The notes: generated by a model not told the origin, from the sequence alone. Shown: positions 9,210 to 20,405, counted from the first letter of the stretch. The stretch: DNA of 64,000 nt from Methanomethylovorans hollandica DSM 15978 (GCF_000328665.1 NC_019977.1:1426001-1490000); one strand, 5' to 3'. A program made the numbers and translations.

Positions 9210-10490
9210 ATGGAATTTTTACTTATGGAGCCTATGCTAATCTTTTTATTTGCACTGCTGATCGTTCTTATACTGACAACGTATGTAAGGCTTCACCCTT
9301 TTCTCAGTCTGGTAATAACTTCACTGCTTATAGGAATAATGGCAGGCAGACCTGAAGAAGCATTGAATACCATGTCCTTTGGCATGGGGAAAGTATTCGC
9401 CCAGTTTGCCATAATAATTACCGCTGGCAGTATCTTAGGTATAGTACTGGAAAAAACCGGAGGCATGGACGTTATTGCCAGTGATCTGATCAGAGTATCT
9501 AAAAGACCACTGCTTGCTCTTAACATATTGGGATTCCTGTTTGCTGTACCTTTTATGTGCTCTATTCTTGCCTACGTGGTATTTGCTCCTCTGGCTAAGG
9601 ATTTTAGCCTTAAATTGAAGATACCGGCCGGAATACCCGCAACCTCACTTGTACTTGGTACACTGGCATCCTTTGGTCTTCTGTATCCTTCACCTGTTGT
9701 ACTCAGTGCCGCCAGTGAGATGCATGCGGATATTGCGAAAGTGTTTTTCATAGGACTTATGATAGCTTTTCCCATATCATTACTGGGATACAGATATGCA
9801 TCAAGATCGACAAAGATCAAGGAACATGATTATGTCCTTCAAGCAGAATCCCTGCAGAAAGCATCAAAAAGCAGACTAGCAGCATATCTTCCCATAGGTC
9901 TTCCCATTCTGCTGATACTTGCAGGTACGTTCTTAACTCATCCATTGATATCATTCATAGGAAATCCCAATGTAGCCTTATTGATTGGTGTGCTGCTTTG
10001 TCTGGTATTGTCACGATCGTATGGGAAGGAGCTGCATGAATGGGTAGAAAAAGCTATCAGACGCAGTGGAATTGTATTGCTTGATCTCTGCGCAGGAGGA
10101 GCGCTCGGAGCCACGTTTACAATGACAGGAGCAGGCGAAGCTTTGGGTAAAATGTTCCTGGATCTTGCTTTTCCTGCTCTCTTGATACCTTTTCTGGTAG
10201 CTGTGGCTGTGCAGACGGTACAGGGTTCCCGTGTGGTCACGATGCTTATAGCACCTGCTCTGATAATACCCATCCTTCCACAACTTGGACTTCCTGTTGA
10301 GATCAGTCTCCTTTCCATGGCATGTGGCACATTCCTGATATCGCATGTAAACGATCCCTTTTTCTGGATATTCAGAGATCTTGCAGAACTTGAAACCAGC
10401 GAAGCACTCAGATACTATACGTTCGGAGGCATCCTGATGGGATTAACAGGCTTGCTGCTGCTCGGATGTGTATATTGGATAGCGTTTTAA
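9210..10490 (+). CDS. GntP-family permease
   Basis: RLHPFLSL, TVQGS and SHVNDPFFW motifs; many TM helices. Confidence 0.88.
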   Translation: MEFLLMEPMLIFLFALLIVLILTTYVRLHPFLSLVITSLLIGIMAGRPEEALNTMSFGMGKVFAQFAIIITAGSILGIVLEKTGGMDVIASDLIRVSKRPLLALNILGFLFAVPFMCSILAYVVFAPLAKDFSLKLKIPAGIPATSLVLGTLASFGLLYPSPVVLSAASEMHADIAKVFFIGLMIAFPISLLGYRYASRSTKIKEHDYVLQAESLQKASKSRLAAYLPIGLPILLILAGTFLTHPLISFIGNPNVALLIGVLLCLVLSRSYGKELHEWVEKAIRRSGIVLLDLCAGGALGATFTMTGAGEALGKMFLDLAFPALLIPFLVAVAVQTVQGSRVVTMLIAPALIIPILPQLGLPVEISLLSMACGTFLISHVNDPFFWIFRDLAELETSEALRYYTFGGILMGLTGLLLLGCVYWIAF

Positions 10491-10559
10491 AAATCAGGCA
10501 GCCCAGTTATAACAAGAGCAAAAAATAAAAAAAGATAAGACCGGGATAATTATCCGGTC

Positions 10560-10922
10560 TTAGTGATGCTCATGCTGTTCTTTTTCTTTTTGCCTTTGCC
10601 AGCTTTTGTCGGCTTCCTGAACAGCAGCAAGACATTTCTTGCAGAGCATTGCAGTGTCCTCTTCTTCTCCTTTTGAGAAAGAAGGCCTGGATATTTGTAC
10701 GGGCTGCAGCTGGGCAACAGCGCTGCACAGGTCACATTTACCAACAGTGCCGGATGCACTGAATGTGGTGAATCTGTCAGCAGTCTCTTTTGCTGCCTTC
10801 AGACATGGTTCACACAGTCCTTTCCAGATACCTTCCGGATACGAGTTCTCAAACCGGGGCACAAAAACCCTTACTGGGACAACAGTGGGTATTGAAACAC
10901 TACATAGATCGCAATCTGCCAT
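10560..10922 (-). CDS. fpoO: F420H2 dehydrogenase subunit O
   Basis: MADCDLC...WKGLCEPC...KCDLC...LCKKC; last gene of the fpo operon. Confidence 0.92.
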   Translation of the reverse strand: MADCDLCSVSIPTVVPVRVFVPRFENSYPEGIWKGLCEPCLKAAKETADRFTTFSASGTVGKCDLCSAVAQLQPVQISRPSFSKGEEEDTAMLCKKCLAAVQEADKSWQRQKEKEQHEHH

Positions 10923-10935
10923 ATTCTTTACCTCC

Positions 10936-12378
10936 TTAGATCAACACCTTTGCGGCTTCCATTGCCCAATAAAGGAACGGCTCTGACCAGAAACCAATAG
11001 CTAATACGAATATCGCTGCAATGATCATTGCAAATGTGTAAGGCTTGGGTTCTGAGATCTTTTCCCCATCAGAAGGCAGGAAATACATGTATTTTACTAC
11101 CCTGGCGTAATAGAACAATGAGATCGCACTGTTGAGTATCGCGATCACTGCAAGCCACACCATTCCTGCCTCTATAGTAGATGCAAAGAGAACGAACTTG
11201 CTCATATAACCTGCTGTAAGAGGTATACCTGCAAGGGCAAAGAGGAAGATCGTCATGCAAAGAGCAGTGACCGGCATACGTCTGCCAAGTCCCCGGAAAT
11301 TATCAATGTCGTCAGGAGTTTCTGAATCCTTTTTCTCCGAAAGGACCATGTATACGACCGCTCCAGTGGCTATGAATGCGCCTGCTTTCATGAAACCATG
11401 TGACAGAGCATACAATATTGCACCTGCCAGAGCTGTTTTGCTCATAACCACAAAGGCCATGGTTATATAACCTGCCTGGGCGACCGAAGAATACGCAAGC
11501 ATTCTCTTGACGCTTGTCTGTGAGAGAGCCACAACGTTACCAAGAGTCATGGTGATCACTGCAAGCACTGCAAAAGCTGTAGTCCATTCAGCCTGCAGAG
11601 CGATCAGAGCGATCATGAACACCTTGAAAGCTGCCACAAAGCCCATTTTCTTTGAACCTGCTGCAAGTAATGAGGACACAACTGAAGGAGAACCCTGGTA
11701 AGTATCGGGTGCCCACATGTGGAATGGAACGAGAGCTATCTTAAAGCCAAGACCTGCGATCATCAGGACCACAGACAACAGTCCCATTGGGCTTCCAAGC
11801 AGGAGATCGATATTTGCTGCCACGCCAGGAATGCTGGTGGTGCCTGTGGCACCATATATGAATGAGATACCGAAGAGCATAAGAGCTGCTGACAGTGATC
11901 CGATCATAAAGTACTTCATGGAAGCTTCAAGGGATATTGGATTCTTCTTCTCGAAACCTGCCAAAGCATACGTAGCAAGACTTGCCAGCTCAAAGGCAAC
12001 GAACAGTACCATGAGGTCATTGGCGGATGCCACGAACATCATACCAGCTGTTGCAAAGATCATCAGCGAGTAGAATTCCTCTGTATGGGAATTGCCTTCA
12101 GTATACTTAATAGATGCTATGGATACCAGCAAAGCTACTGAAAGGAAGATTATCTTGAAAAACTGAGATAATGCATCAAATGAAAGTGTGTCATTAAATA
12201 GCATACCTTCACGGCCAAGGCTCATTATGACAAGCACAAGGGATGCAAGTACACCCAGAGATGCAAGATAACCCAATATCTTCTTTGCGTTCGTATTAAG
12301 GAATAATCCTATAAGTAGAACCACAAGACCCGTCCCCACCAGGGTGAGTTCAGGTGTGAGTAATGTGAGATCTGCCAT
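10936..12378 (-). CDS. fpoN: F420H2 dehydrogenase subunit N
   Basis: NuoN-like: EASMKYF, FKIALVPFHMWAPDTYQGSP, KRMLAYSS. Confidence 0.96.
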   Translation of the reverse strand: MADLTLLTPELTLVGTGLVVLLIGLFLNTNAKKILGYLASLGVLASLVLVIMSLGREGMLFNDTLSFDALSQFFKIIFLSVALLVSIASIKYTEGNSHTEEFYSLMIFATAGMMFVASANDLMVLFVAFELASLATYALAGFEKKNPISLEASMKYFMIGSLSAALMLFGISFIYGATGTTSIPGVAANIDLLLGSPMGLLSVVLMIAGLGFKIALVPFHMWAPDTYQGSPSVVSSLLAAGSKKMGFVAAFKVFMIALIALQAEWTTAFAVLAVITMTLGNVVALSQTSVKRMLAYSSVAQAGYITMAFVVMSKTALAGAILYALSHGFMKAGAFIATGAVVYMVLSEKKDSETPDDIDNFRGLGRRMPVTALCMTIFLFALAGIPLTAGYMSKFVLFASTIEAGMVWLAVIAILNSAISLFYYARVVKYMYFLPSDGEKISEPKPYTFAMIIAAIFVLAIGFWSEPFLYWAMEAAKVLI

Positions 12379-12381
12379 CTA

Positions 12382-13872
12382 TCACACCCCCACAACAGCC
12401 ATCAGGCTGACCAGTTTTTCGGAATTTGTTATCATCATATCCAGCACCGGACTGGGGTTCAGTCCAAAGTAAAGTATCAGTATCGCAATGACAGCCATTG
12501 AGAATGTCTGGGATGCGGAAATATCTTTCAAAGCCCCGAACTTCTCATTGTATACGCCGAACATTGTTCTCTGCATTGCCCACAAGTGATATGCCGCTGT
12601 GATGATTATGGCCAGTATAGCTATGATCACGTAAGTGGGCTGATTGATGTATGTGAATGTCAGCACCAGGAACTCTGCAATGAATCCTGTAAGCCACGGA
12701 AGTCCCAGTGAGGCCATGAAAGCCAGCATCATGATCACAGCAAGCTTTGGCATCTTTCTGGCAAGCCCTCCAAGTTCATTGATGATCCTGGTACCCGTTG
12801 CATTGTTGATGACCCCACACGCCATGAACATTATACTCATGATGAGTCCATGTGAGAACTGCTGGAACATGGCTCCTGAAACTGAGAGAGAGACAACACC
12901 TGCAGCTCCAAGCGTTACATAGCCCATATGGCTTACACTGGAATATGCCACCATGCGTTTGAGATCTTTCTGTGCCAGCGCAAGGAAAGCACCGTAAAGG
13001 ATGCTCACTGCACCAAGCGCTGCCATGATAGCGATCATAAGGTTCATGGATGGTGTGAAGGGTAGTATAGGCAAGATTACCCTGAACAATCCGTAACCGC
13101 CTATCTTAAGCAGAACGAAGAGCACACTGCCTGCGGTAGGTGCTTCAACGTATGCATCAGGCAGCCAGGAATGGAACGGAAATGCAGGGATCTTCACCAG
13201 GAAACCGAACAACAGTGCCACGAATATGAGATCACGAGATACTCCGCTGGCTATGAACTGGAACTGTGAAAGCAGATGTTCAATACCCATGTTCGGAGTA
13301 CCTGTCTGTTTCCAGGCGGCGAAATAGAGGCCAAATATACCCAGCAACATCACAAGTGAACCCACGTGTGTGTAAATAAAGAACTTGATCGATGCCTTAT
13401 GCTTCCCGGGCCCTCCCCAGATGCTCACCATAAAGAAGAGCGGTACCAGGGTCAGTTCCCAGAACACGTAGAACAGGAAGAAATCAAGCGCTAAGAACAC
13501 ACCTATAACAGCTCCCTGAGTTGCAAGTATCAGAGCATAGAATCTGTTGGGCTGTTTCTTGTCATCATTCCATGTAAACAGTATGAGCAAGGGTATGACT
13601 ATAGCGTTCAGCAGAACTAGTGGCATGGAGATGCCATCTATACCCAGCTGATAATTGATCCCAAGGCTTGGCACCCATTGAGCAAATTCCTGGAACTGCA
13701 TCTGAGATGTCGTACTGTCAAAATTGAAGTACGTGAACATGCTCAGTGCCAGTACCACAACTGATGAGAATAGGGCAAAAACCCTTGCTTGTTCTTTAGT
13801 CTTTGTGAGTAGAGTAAGTACTGCGAATAAAAGTGGGATCAGTACTATTAAAGATAGAATGGGTATTGCCAT
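12382..13872 (-). CDS. fpoM: F420H2 dehydrogenase subunit M
   Basis: NuoM-like: FYVFWE, VKIPAFPFHSWLPDAYVEAPT, KRMVAYSSVSHMG. Confidence 0.96.
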   Translation of the reverse strand: MAIPILSLIVLIPLLFAVLTLLTKTKEQARVFALFSSVVVLALSMFTYFNFDSTTSQMQFQEFAQWVPSLGINYQLGIDGISMPLVLLNAIVIPLLILFTWNDDKKQPNRFYALILATQGAVIGVFLALDFFLFYVFWELTLVPLFFMVSIWGGPGKHKASIKFFIYTHVGSLVMLLGIFGLYFAAWKQTGTPNMGIEHLLSQFQFIASGVSRDLIFVALLFGFLVKIPAFPFHSWLPDAYVEAPTAGSVLFVLLKIGGYGLFRVILPILPFTPSMNLMIAIMAALGAVSILYGAFLALAQKDLKRMVAYSSVSHMGYVTLGAAGVVSLSVSGAMFQQFSHGLIMSIMFMACGVINNATGTRIINELGGLARKMPKLAVIMMLAFMASLGLPWLTGFIAEFLVLTFTYINQPTYVIIAILAIIITAAYHLWAMQRTMFGVYNEKFGALKDISASQTFSMAVIAILILYFGLNPSPVLDMMITNSEKLVSLMAVVGV

Positions 13873-15888
13873 TTAGAATACCTCCAGGATCAGCTTAACG
13901 AGAATTATAAGTAAACTGACACCAGTTACCACTGAAGTGGCATAGTTTTGTACCACACCTGTCTGAAGTACTCTCAGACCATCTGAGGCTTCGGTGAATA
14001 TGTGACCTATTAGATTGACCGTCCAGTCAAAGCCTCTGTCAATCGCTCTTCCGGCAAGTGCAAGACCTTCGTATATAACCTTAACTGCAAGGAATTGCGT
14101 AAAGATAGAGTTCTGGTAGTACCTGTTGTAAAGCAGCTTGTAGACAGGATTCTTCCTGGAAACAATGCTGGACATGTCAATGATCCGCATACCATAGATA
14201 AGATATGAGATCAACAGACCTGCCACGGCAACGATAACAGGCATCCAGAGGATCAGCAAGGGCTCGCCTCCGGCACCGTGTGATGCCAGATGATACTTAC
14301 CGATCTCTGCAAGTGCATGGATATCCATGTTAACGAAGTTGTTGGCAAATGTTTCTTCCAGGAATTTTCCGAAGCCTGTCTTTGTGATTGCACCAAAGAC
14401 AAGTGCCAGAACACCCAATATCATGAGGGGAACGGTCATCACAGATGGAGATTCGTGCCCTCCGTAATTGGTCCTTGGCTTACCTGTAAAGGTCATGAAG
14501 ATCAACCTGAATATATAGATAGATGTAAGCAAGGCAGCGACTATCGAGAATAAATAGGGCAACCAGTTTTCTGTGGACTCACCGAAGAGGTATGCTGCTT
14601 CGATTATAGGGTCCTTACTGAAGAAACCACTTACACCAATAGAAGTGCCCGGGATACCGAAACCTGCCAGAGCCAGAGAAGCAATGAGCATGGTTATGAA
14701 TGTTATAGGCATGACCTTCTTCACGCCACCCATTTGACGGATATCCTGAGTTCCAACTGCGTGGATCACACTTCCTGCGCACAGGAAGAGAAGTGCCTTG
14801 AAGAATGCATGGTTGATGAGGTGGAACAGTGAATCTCCCACTGCGGTTACTCCGATGACTGCACCCATTCCAAGTCCAAGCATCATATATCCAAGCTGAC
14901 TGATAGTGGAAAATGCCAGAACACGCTTAATATCGTTCATGACAAGTCCCATGGTAGCCGCAAATAGAGCGGTGAAGGCTCCAAGATATGCAACTATGAT
15001 CAGTGAATGGGGAGCTGCAATGAACATGGGGAATGTCCTTGCAACCAGGTATACACCGGCTGTAACCATCGTTGCCGCATGGATAAGAGCAGAAACAGTA
15101 GTCGGACCTTCCATTGCATCCGGCAGCCACACATGCAGAGGGAACTGACCGGATTTACCCACAGCGCCTCCGAAGAAGAGCAGAGTTACAATTGTCAGAT
15201 GACTTACTTCATATCCGAAGATCTGTGTATTGAGAGCTGCTATTTCAGGTATGTGAGTGAAGATCTCATCGAACCTCAGAACATATACGCCTTCGGGTAT
15301 GGAACCATTGTATATCCTGAAGATATCGGAAAATAGCAGGATGATACCTGCAAGGAACATCACGTCACCAACCCTTGTGGTCAGGAAAGCCTTCTTTGCT
15401 GCAGAAGCTGCTGATGGTTTTTCGAACCAGAAGCCAATGAGCAGGTAAGAACACAGACCCACAAGTTCCCAGCATATGAAGAACTGAAGAATGTTATCAG
15501 AAAGAATTACTCCTAGCATCGCAGCTGTGAAGAGGGCTGTCTCTGCAAAGTACCTGGGCTGAGCTTTGTCATGGGACATGTAGCCAACAGCATATATGTG
15601 GATGAGCAAACTGACAAAGGTAACCATGGACAGCATCACAGCTGCCAGGGGATCAATAAGGACACCCACATTAAGTATGGCAAACCAGTTGTATGATTGA
15701 GAAACAACCAGACCCGGGTTCTGCAACAGGTTCAGTGTGATCATCAATGAAATTATAAACGAGGTAAAGATAGCAATAATGGGGATGATAGCTCCGCCAT
15801 TTGGCAGCTTCTTGCCCAGGAAGAACGTGAGCAAAAACGCCAGTGCCGGAAGTACAGGTATTAAAAATGCCATGTCTTCTATCGCCAT
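13873..15888 (-). CDS. fpoL: F420H2 dehydrogenase subunit L
   Basis: NuoL-like: GKSGQFPLHVWLPDAMEGPTTVSALIHAATMV, HAFFKALLFL. Confidence 0.96.
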   Translation of the reverse strand: MAIEDMAFLIPVLPALAFLLTFFLGKKLPNGGAIIPIIAIFTSFIISLMITLNLLQNPGLVVSQSYNWFAILNVGVLIDPLAAVMLSMVTFVSLLIHIYAVGYMSHDKAQPRYFAETALFTAAMLGVILSDNILQFFICWELVGLCSYLLIGFWFEKPSAASAAKKAFLTTRVGDVMFLAGIILLFSDIFRIYNGSIPEGVYVLRFDEIFTHIPEIAALNTQIFGYEVSHLTIVTLLFFGGAVGKSGQFPLHVWLPDAMEGPTTVSALIHAATMVTAGVYLVARTFPMFIAAPHSLIIVAYLGAFTALFAATMGLVMNDIKRVLAFSTISQLGYMMLGLGMGAVIGVTAVGDSLFHLINHAFFKALLFLCAGSVIHAVGTQDIRQMGGVKKVMPITFITMLIASLALAGFGIPGTSIGVSGFFSKDPIIEAAYLFGESTENWLPYLFSIVAALLTSIYIFRLIFMTFTGKPRTNYGGHESPSVMTVPLMILGVLALVFGAITKTGFGKFLEETFANNFVNMDIHALAEIGKYHLASHGAGGEPLLILWMPVIVAVAGLLISYLIYGMRIIDMSSIVSRKNPVYKLLYNRYYQNSIFTQFLAVKVIYEGLALAGRAIDRGFDWTVNLIGHIFTEASDGLRVLQTGVVQNYATSVVTGVSLLIILVKLILEVF

Positions 15889-15890
15889 TT

Positions 15891-16193
15891 TTACCACCTC
15901 AATACATTGATCTTGTCAAGATCGATCATGTCCCTTACTCTATAGATGGACATAAGGATCGCGAAACCAATGGCTGCCTCAGCTGCTGCAAGAGAAATAG
16001 AATACAAAGCAAATACTTGCCCCGTAAGGTCTGCATTATAGCTTGAGAATGCAACCAGATTGATATTGGCAGCGTTCAGCATAAGCTCCACACACATAAG
16101 CATTCTGATACCACTTCTCTGGGTCATGAATCCAAACAGACCTATTGAGAATATGATCGCTGAAAGTGCAAGATAATAAAATAATGGTATCAT
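15891..16193 (-). CDS. fpoK: F420H2 dehydrogenase subunit K
   Basis: NuoK-like: [20 protein letters not shown]. Confidence 0.95.
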   Translation of the reverse strand: MIPLFYYLALSAIIFSIGLFGFMTQRSGIRMLMCVELMLNAANINLVAFSSYNADLTGQVFALYSISLAAAEAAIGFAILMSIYRVRDMIDLDKINVLRW

Positions 16194-16507
16194 TCGGTAC
16201 CATCTCCTTTTGCCATGTAGATAGCTCCCATAAGGGTAGACAGTAATACTATCGAAAGTATTTCAAATGGTATAACAAAGTCAGTAAATATCAACATACC
16301 TATTCCCTGAATGTTACTCTGGTCCATAGCGTTTTGCGGGATCTGATCCACAGTGTTCCAGTTGGTAAAGCCTACTGATATGAGAACTATTGCAAGGAAA
16401 AGAATAGCTACCATCATACCTGCTATACGCGGTCTGAAGAAGTTGTACACTGCAGTCAGGATCTGCATAACAGTAAAATGTTTATTCAGCATCCTTATCA
16501 CTTCCAA
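16190..16507 (-). CDS. fpoJ: F420H2 dehydrogenase subunit J, C-terminal moiety (J2)
   Basis: [21 protein letters not shown] matches the NuoJ C-terminal helix. Confidence 0.88.
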   Translation of the reverse strand: MEVIRMLNKHFTVMQILTAVYNFFRPRIAGMMVAILFLAIVLISVGFTNWNTVDQIPQNAMDQSNIQGIGMLIFTDFVIPFEILSIVLLSTLMGAIYMAKGDGTE

Positions 16508-16769
16508 ACTGCTTTTTCGTGAGCATGACCGCGAACAGTATCAGTACACCGATAGCTCCCACGTACACTAGTACCTGAATGACCCCAAGGAACTGGGCAT
16601 TCAGCAGTATGTACAAACCTGCTACGACGAACATGACAGCTATCAGGGACAATGCAGACCTGACTATATCCTTCGCTGTGACAACTAACAGGGCGAAAGA
16701 TATGGCTAACAGGGCCATTACAGCAAATACAATTATTTCCAGAACATCTGCAATTATTGAGGTGTCCAT
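16482..16769 (-). CDS. fpoJ: F420H2 dehydrogenase subunit J, N-terminal moiety (J1)
   Basis: LNAQFLGVIQVLVYVGAIGVLILFAVML NuoJ motif. Confidence 0.92.
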   Translation of the reverse strand: MDTSIIADVLEIIVFAVMALLAISFALLVVTAKDIVRSALSLIAVMFVVAGLYILLNAQFLGVIQVLVYVGAIGVLILFAVMLTKKQFGSDKDAE

Positions 16770-17197
16770 CTGCTTACCTCCTCACCAGCTTCTTTTTCAG
16801 CGTTTATGTCAACCTCTCTTGCCAGCATTTCCGGCGTGAAGAGAAGATCATTGTGCTCCCATCTAATGACACCTGTCAGGTATACCTTGGTGCTTGAAAG
16901 AGCTTCTTTAGGACACTGGTCTATACACAGCCCACAAAACAGGCAATGCCCGACATCGATAGATGGGAACCATCTCTTCTTGCTGCTGTCTGGACCGATC
17001 CTGGCCTTGACTATCTTGATCGCGTTGTTAGGACAGGTGTTAGCACATATCCCACAACCTATACACTTGCTTTTATCCAGCCTTTGAAGACCCCTGAACC
17101 TATCGGCGAGCCTGGTGGGCTCTTCCGGACACATCCTGGTTACCGTGGGCTTGAAATAAATATGATTTAATGCTTTTTTAATATTTTTTAGAACCAT
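16754..17197 (-). CDS. fpoI: F420H2 dehydrogenase subunit I
   Basis: Two CxxCxxCxxxCP 4Fe-4S motifs, RFRG. Confidence 0.95.
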   Translation of the reverse strand: MVLKNIKKALNHIYFKPTVTRMCPEEPTRLADRFRGLQRLDKSKCIGCGICANTCPNNAIKIVKARIGPDSSKKRWFPSIDVGHCLFCGLCIDQCPKEALSSTKVYLTGVIRWEHNDLLFTPEMLAREVDINAEKEAGEEVSRWTPQ

Positions 17198-17201
17198 ATT
17201 G

Positions 17202-18236
17202 TCACACTCCCAGCAAGGCCAGTAATATGACCCATCCCAGATTCAGTAAAGACAGGGGCAAAAGCCTCTTCCAGCTCAGGTCTACTACCTGATCGATCCT
17301 GAACCTGGGAACAGCCCATCTGATCATTATGATCGCCAATATAACTATGGCTACCTTGCCCAGGAAGAAGGCTGTGGGCAGGATGATCCCAAGGAGCATG
17401 TTAGAGGTAAGCATTGCAGGTAGGTTCCATCCACCCAAAAACAGCAGGACCACAAGCATGGACCCAAGTATCAGGTGAATATATTCTGCGAAGAAACCAA
17501 GACCGAAACGCATACCTGTGTATTCTGTGATCCACCCGGCAATGAGTTCTTCCTCGGATTCGTTCTGGTCAAAAGGCAGGCGACCCATATCCGCCATGAG
17601 AGCTATAAAGAACACTATGAACCCAAGGGGCTGCATGATAATGAACCATAATGGACTTTGAGCCTGTGCAATGTCTACAATATTCAAAGACCCTGCCATT
17701 ATAGCCACACTTACGATACAGATCCCAAGGGGAACCTCATAACCGATCATACGTGCGAAGTTTCTGAATGCGCCCAACAGGGAATACTTGTTGTTTGAGC
17801 TGTATGCTATCATAAAAATACCAATTACAGAAACAGCAGACACAGCCTCAATGTAAAGAATACTTATATCCATATCAGTGGCTGCTATGGGATAAGTATT
17901 ACCATTTATGATCACAGCGCCGAAAGGAATAGCCACAAGCATCAGGAAAACGGATCCCATGAGGACTATCGGTGCAAAGACAAAGAGAAGTTTATCAGCA
18001 TTAGCAGGTATAATGTCTTCCTTTGTGAACAATTTTATTGCATCTGCTACCAGCTGGAAAATTCCATGGGGACCGACCCTGTTAGGACCATGACGCTGCT
18101 GAATGTCAGCCGATAGTTTACGCTCGAACCAAACAGCTAACATTGCACCCATGAATATAGCACCCATAAGGCAAAGTCCCAGAATGCCGCGTATCCAGGG
18201 ATTGAAAAGAATTTCTGGTATTTCCATCATTATCAC
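17202..18236 (-). CDS. fpoH: F420H2 dehydrogenase subunit H
   Basis: ERK...GPNRVGP, DAIKLFTKE, RLPFDQNESEEEL, PRFRIDQ. Confidence 0.96.
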   Translation of the reverse strand: MIMMEIPEILFNPWIRGILGLCLMGAIFMGAMLAVWFERKLSADIQQRHGPNRVGPHGIFQLVADAIKLFTKEDIIPANADKLLFVFAPIVLMGSVFLMLVAIPFGAVIINGNTYPIAATDMDISILYIEAVSAVSVIGIFMIAYSSNNKYSLLGAFRNFARMIGYEVPLGICIVSVAIMAGSLNIVDIAQAQSPLWFIIMQPLGFIVFFIALMADMGRLPFDQNESEEELIAGWITEYTGMRFGLGFFAEYIHLILGSMLVVLLFLGGWNLPAMLTSNMLLGIILPTAFFLGKVAIVILAIIMIRWAVPRFRIDQVVDLSWKRLLPLSLLNLGWVILLALLGV

Positions 18237-19357
18237 CTGTCAACCTCACTTGTACATGTGTCCATGCTGCCGGCAATTGCCACAATATCAGCAAGTGGCA
18301 CCCCTTTCAGAAGTGGGGGTAATGCCTGCAATGTAGGATATACGGGTCCTCTGATCTTGACACGATACGGTTTATCAGAACCGTCAGAAACCATATAGAA
18401 TCCCATTTCACCTCTTGGGTCCTCCACACGGTGGAACACTTCTCCGGCCGGTATCCTCATGACAGGGGATCTGCGTCCATAGGCAGTTCCCTCCGGGAAT
18501 ATAGGTCCCTTAGGTATCTGATCTAGGCATTGCTCTACTATGTACATACTCTCCCGCATCTCATCAAGGCGCACCTGCACCCGGGCGAACACATCCCCTG
18601 CCGTCTGGGTACATACTTTGAAATCCAGGTCCTTGTAAACAAGATAAGGTTCGTCCTTACGGATATCAAAGGCAACTCCAGTTGCACGCAGCGGAGGTCC
18701 GGATACTCCGATATCCTTCGCAACCTCGGCTGTAAGCGTACCGATACCCACTGTTCTTGCCTTATATATGGAATCTGTACTGAACAGCTCCTCATAAGTG
18801 TCAATGGCCTTTCTCAGATTCCCAAAGACATACTTTACATCATCCGCGAAACCTTCGGGAAGATCATCCTTTACACCACCAAAGCGCAGGAAAGAATGCG
18901 TGATGCGTGCTCCTGTAACAGAGTCAATAACACTCATAAGATCTTCCCTTTCCTTGATGGTATACATGAACATGCTCACAAAACCAACAAAAGAAGCATA
19001 TTCTCCCATGCCCAGCAAATGGCTCTGTAGCCTGGAAAGCTCTTCCATGATCACACGAATGTACTGTGCCCTTTCCGGTACTTCTATATCGGCAAGTTTT
19101 TCCACACAACCAACATAGGCTTCTTCGTTGGTCAGAGCAGCAAGATAGCATATCCTGTCCACGATCGTTATGCCCTGCAGGTATGTCTTGCTCTCAAGTA
19201 TTTTCTCGATCCCTTTGTGGAGCCATCCGGCCTCTACTTCAGAATCTATAACAGTCTCACCCCTCAGCTTTACATTGAGCCTGAAGGGGCCCGGCAGCAT
19301 AGGGTGTTGTGGGCCCATATGCACTATCATTTCAGAAGGTCCAACTTCATCATACAT
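18233..19357 (-). CDS. fpoD: F420H2 dehydrogenase subunit D
   Basis: GPQHP, GWLHKGIEK, DRICY, C-terminal EVDR. Confidence 0.96.
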   Translation of the reverse strand: MYDEVGPSEMIVHMGPQHPMLPGPFRLNVKLRGETVIDSEVEAGWLHKGIEKILESKTYLQGITIVDRICYLAALTNEEAYVGCVEKLADIEVPERAQYIRVIMEELSRLQSHLLGMGEYASFVGFVSMFMYTIKEREDLMSVIDSVTGARITHSFLRFGGVKDDLPEGFADDVKYVFGNLRKAIDTYEELFSTDSIYKARTVGIGTLTAEVAKDIGVSGPPLRATGVAFDIRKDEPYLVYKDLDFKVCTQTAGDVFARVQVRLDEMRESMYIVEQCLDQIPKGPIFPEGTAYGRRSPVMRIPAGEVFHRVEDPRGEMGFYMVSDGSDKPYRVKIRGPVYPTLQALPPLLKGVPLADIVAIAGSMDTCTSEVDR

Positions 19358-19366
19358 AATAAAACC

Positions 19367-19852
19367 TCATACCAGATTCCTGGCTGTTTTGTTGGGGAAA
19401 CCTTTGTAATCTTTTCTGAGCGGCCATTCACCAAGCAGTTCCTGAGGAAGCACCAGAGGCCGAAGGTTCGGATGATTGAGATATTTAACACCAAAAAGTT
19501 CGTACGTTTCTCTTTCATACCAATTGGCATTCCAGTATACAGAAACAACGGACTCGACTTCAGGATTATCCCGTGGCAATACGGCCTTTAAAGTCAACAG
19601 TACCGAATGTTCATAAGAACCGATAACATATACCACTTCAATCTCGTTCCTGTCAGGATAATCGACACCTAATTCACAAGAAAGATGTCCGAAAGAAAGT
19701 GTTTCCTTGAGATATTGACATATATCCTTCACGCTCTCAGGCTTTACCTTGACATGGATCCTGATATCAGATTCCACCTGTGCATCGTAGATGACACCTG
19801 GGAACTGACCGGAAAGGGAATCTATCATAGCTTTAGCATCCATTATGATCAC
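19367..19852 (-). CDS. fpoC: F420H2 dehydrogenase subunit C
   Basis: ANWYERETYELFGV...HPNLR...PLRKDY. Confidence 0.95.
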   Translation of the reverse strand: MIIMDAKAMIDSLSGQFPGVIYDAQVESDIRIHVKVKPESVKDICQYLKETLSFGHLSCELGVDYPDRNEIEVVYVIGSYEHSVLLTLKAVLPRDNPEVESVVSVYWNANWYERETYELFGVKYLNHPNLRPLVLPQELLGEWPLRKDYKGFPNKTARNLV

Positions 19853-19853
19853 C

Positions 19854-20405
19854 TCAGTATTCAGTACCCTTGTCCTTCTTTGCGGTTATCTTCTCCTGCA
19901 GTTCATAAAACGCCTGGATAAGAGCCTCGCATCTTGGGGGACAGCCCGGAACATATATGTCTACCGGAAAAACTTCATCTATGTTCTGACGAGTGCTGTA
20001 TGATTCGTAAAATGGGCCGCCGCTGATCGCACAGTCTCCAAAGGCTATAATCCATTTTGGTGCTGGCATCTGATCCCATACCCTCTTAAGTGCAGGGAAA
20101 TATTTTTTTGTCACGTAGCCACTGATGATCAGTACATCGGCATGCCTGGGAGAGTTCCTTGGAATGATACCAAAACGATCGGTGTCATAGTGTGCCATAC
20201 CTGTGGAAAGCAATTCCACACCACAGCAACCCATAGCATTTACAGTGAACCAGAGAGAGTTTTTCCTTCCCCAGTTAATGATATCCTGTGCTTTTGTCTT
20301 CTTTAAGAAGTCACTGATAGCACTAGTGCTTGTGGTCATGACACCTGGTATCTCTTCTTGCATGTCATCTTTATTATTAGTGGAAACAGGCTCTACTTCT
20401 GCCAT
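19854..20405 (-). CDS. fpoB: F420H2 dehydrogenase subunit B
   Basis: GCCGVE, SPRHAD, GDCAISGG, VPGCPP. Confidence 0.96.
   Translation of the reverse strand: MAEVEPVSTNNKDDMQEEIPGVMTTSTSAISDFLKKTKAQDIINWGRKNSLWFTVNAMGCCGVELLSTGMAHYDTDRFGIIPRNSPRHADVLIISGYVTKKYFPALKRVWDQMPAPKWIIAFGDCAISGGPFYESYSTRQNIDEVFPVDIYVPGCPPRCEALIQAFYELQEKITAKKDKGTEY

Noticed and set aside
16190..16769. Split fpoJ and absent fpoF as anomalies
   Set aside because: Both are normal for Methanosarcinaceae fpo operons
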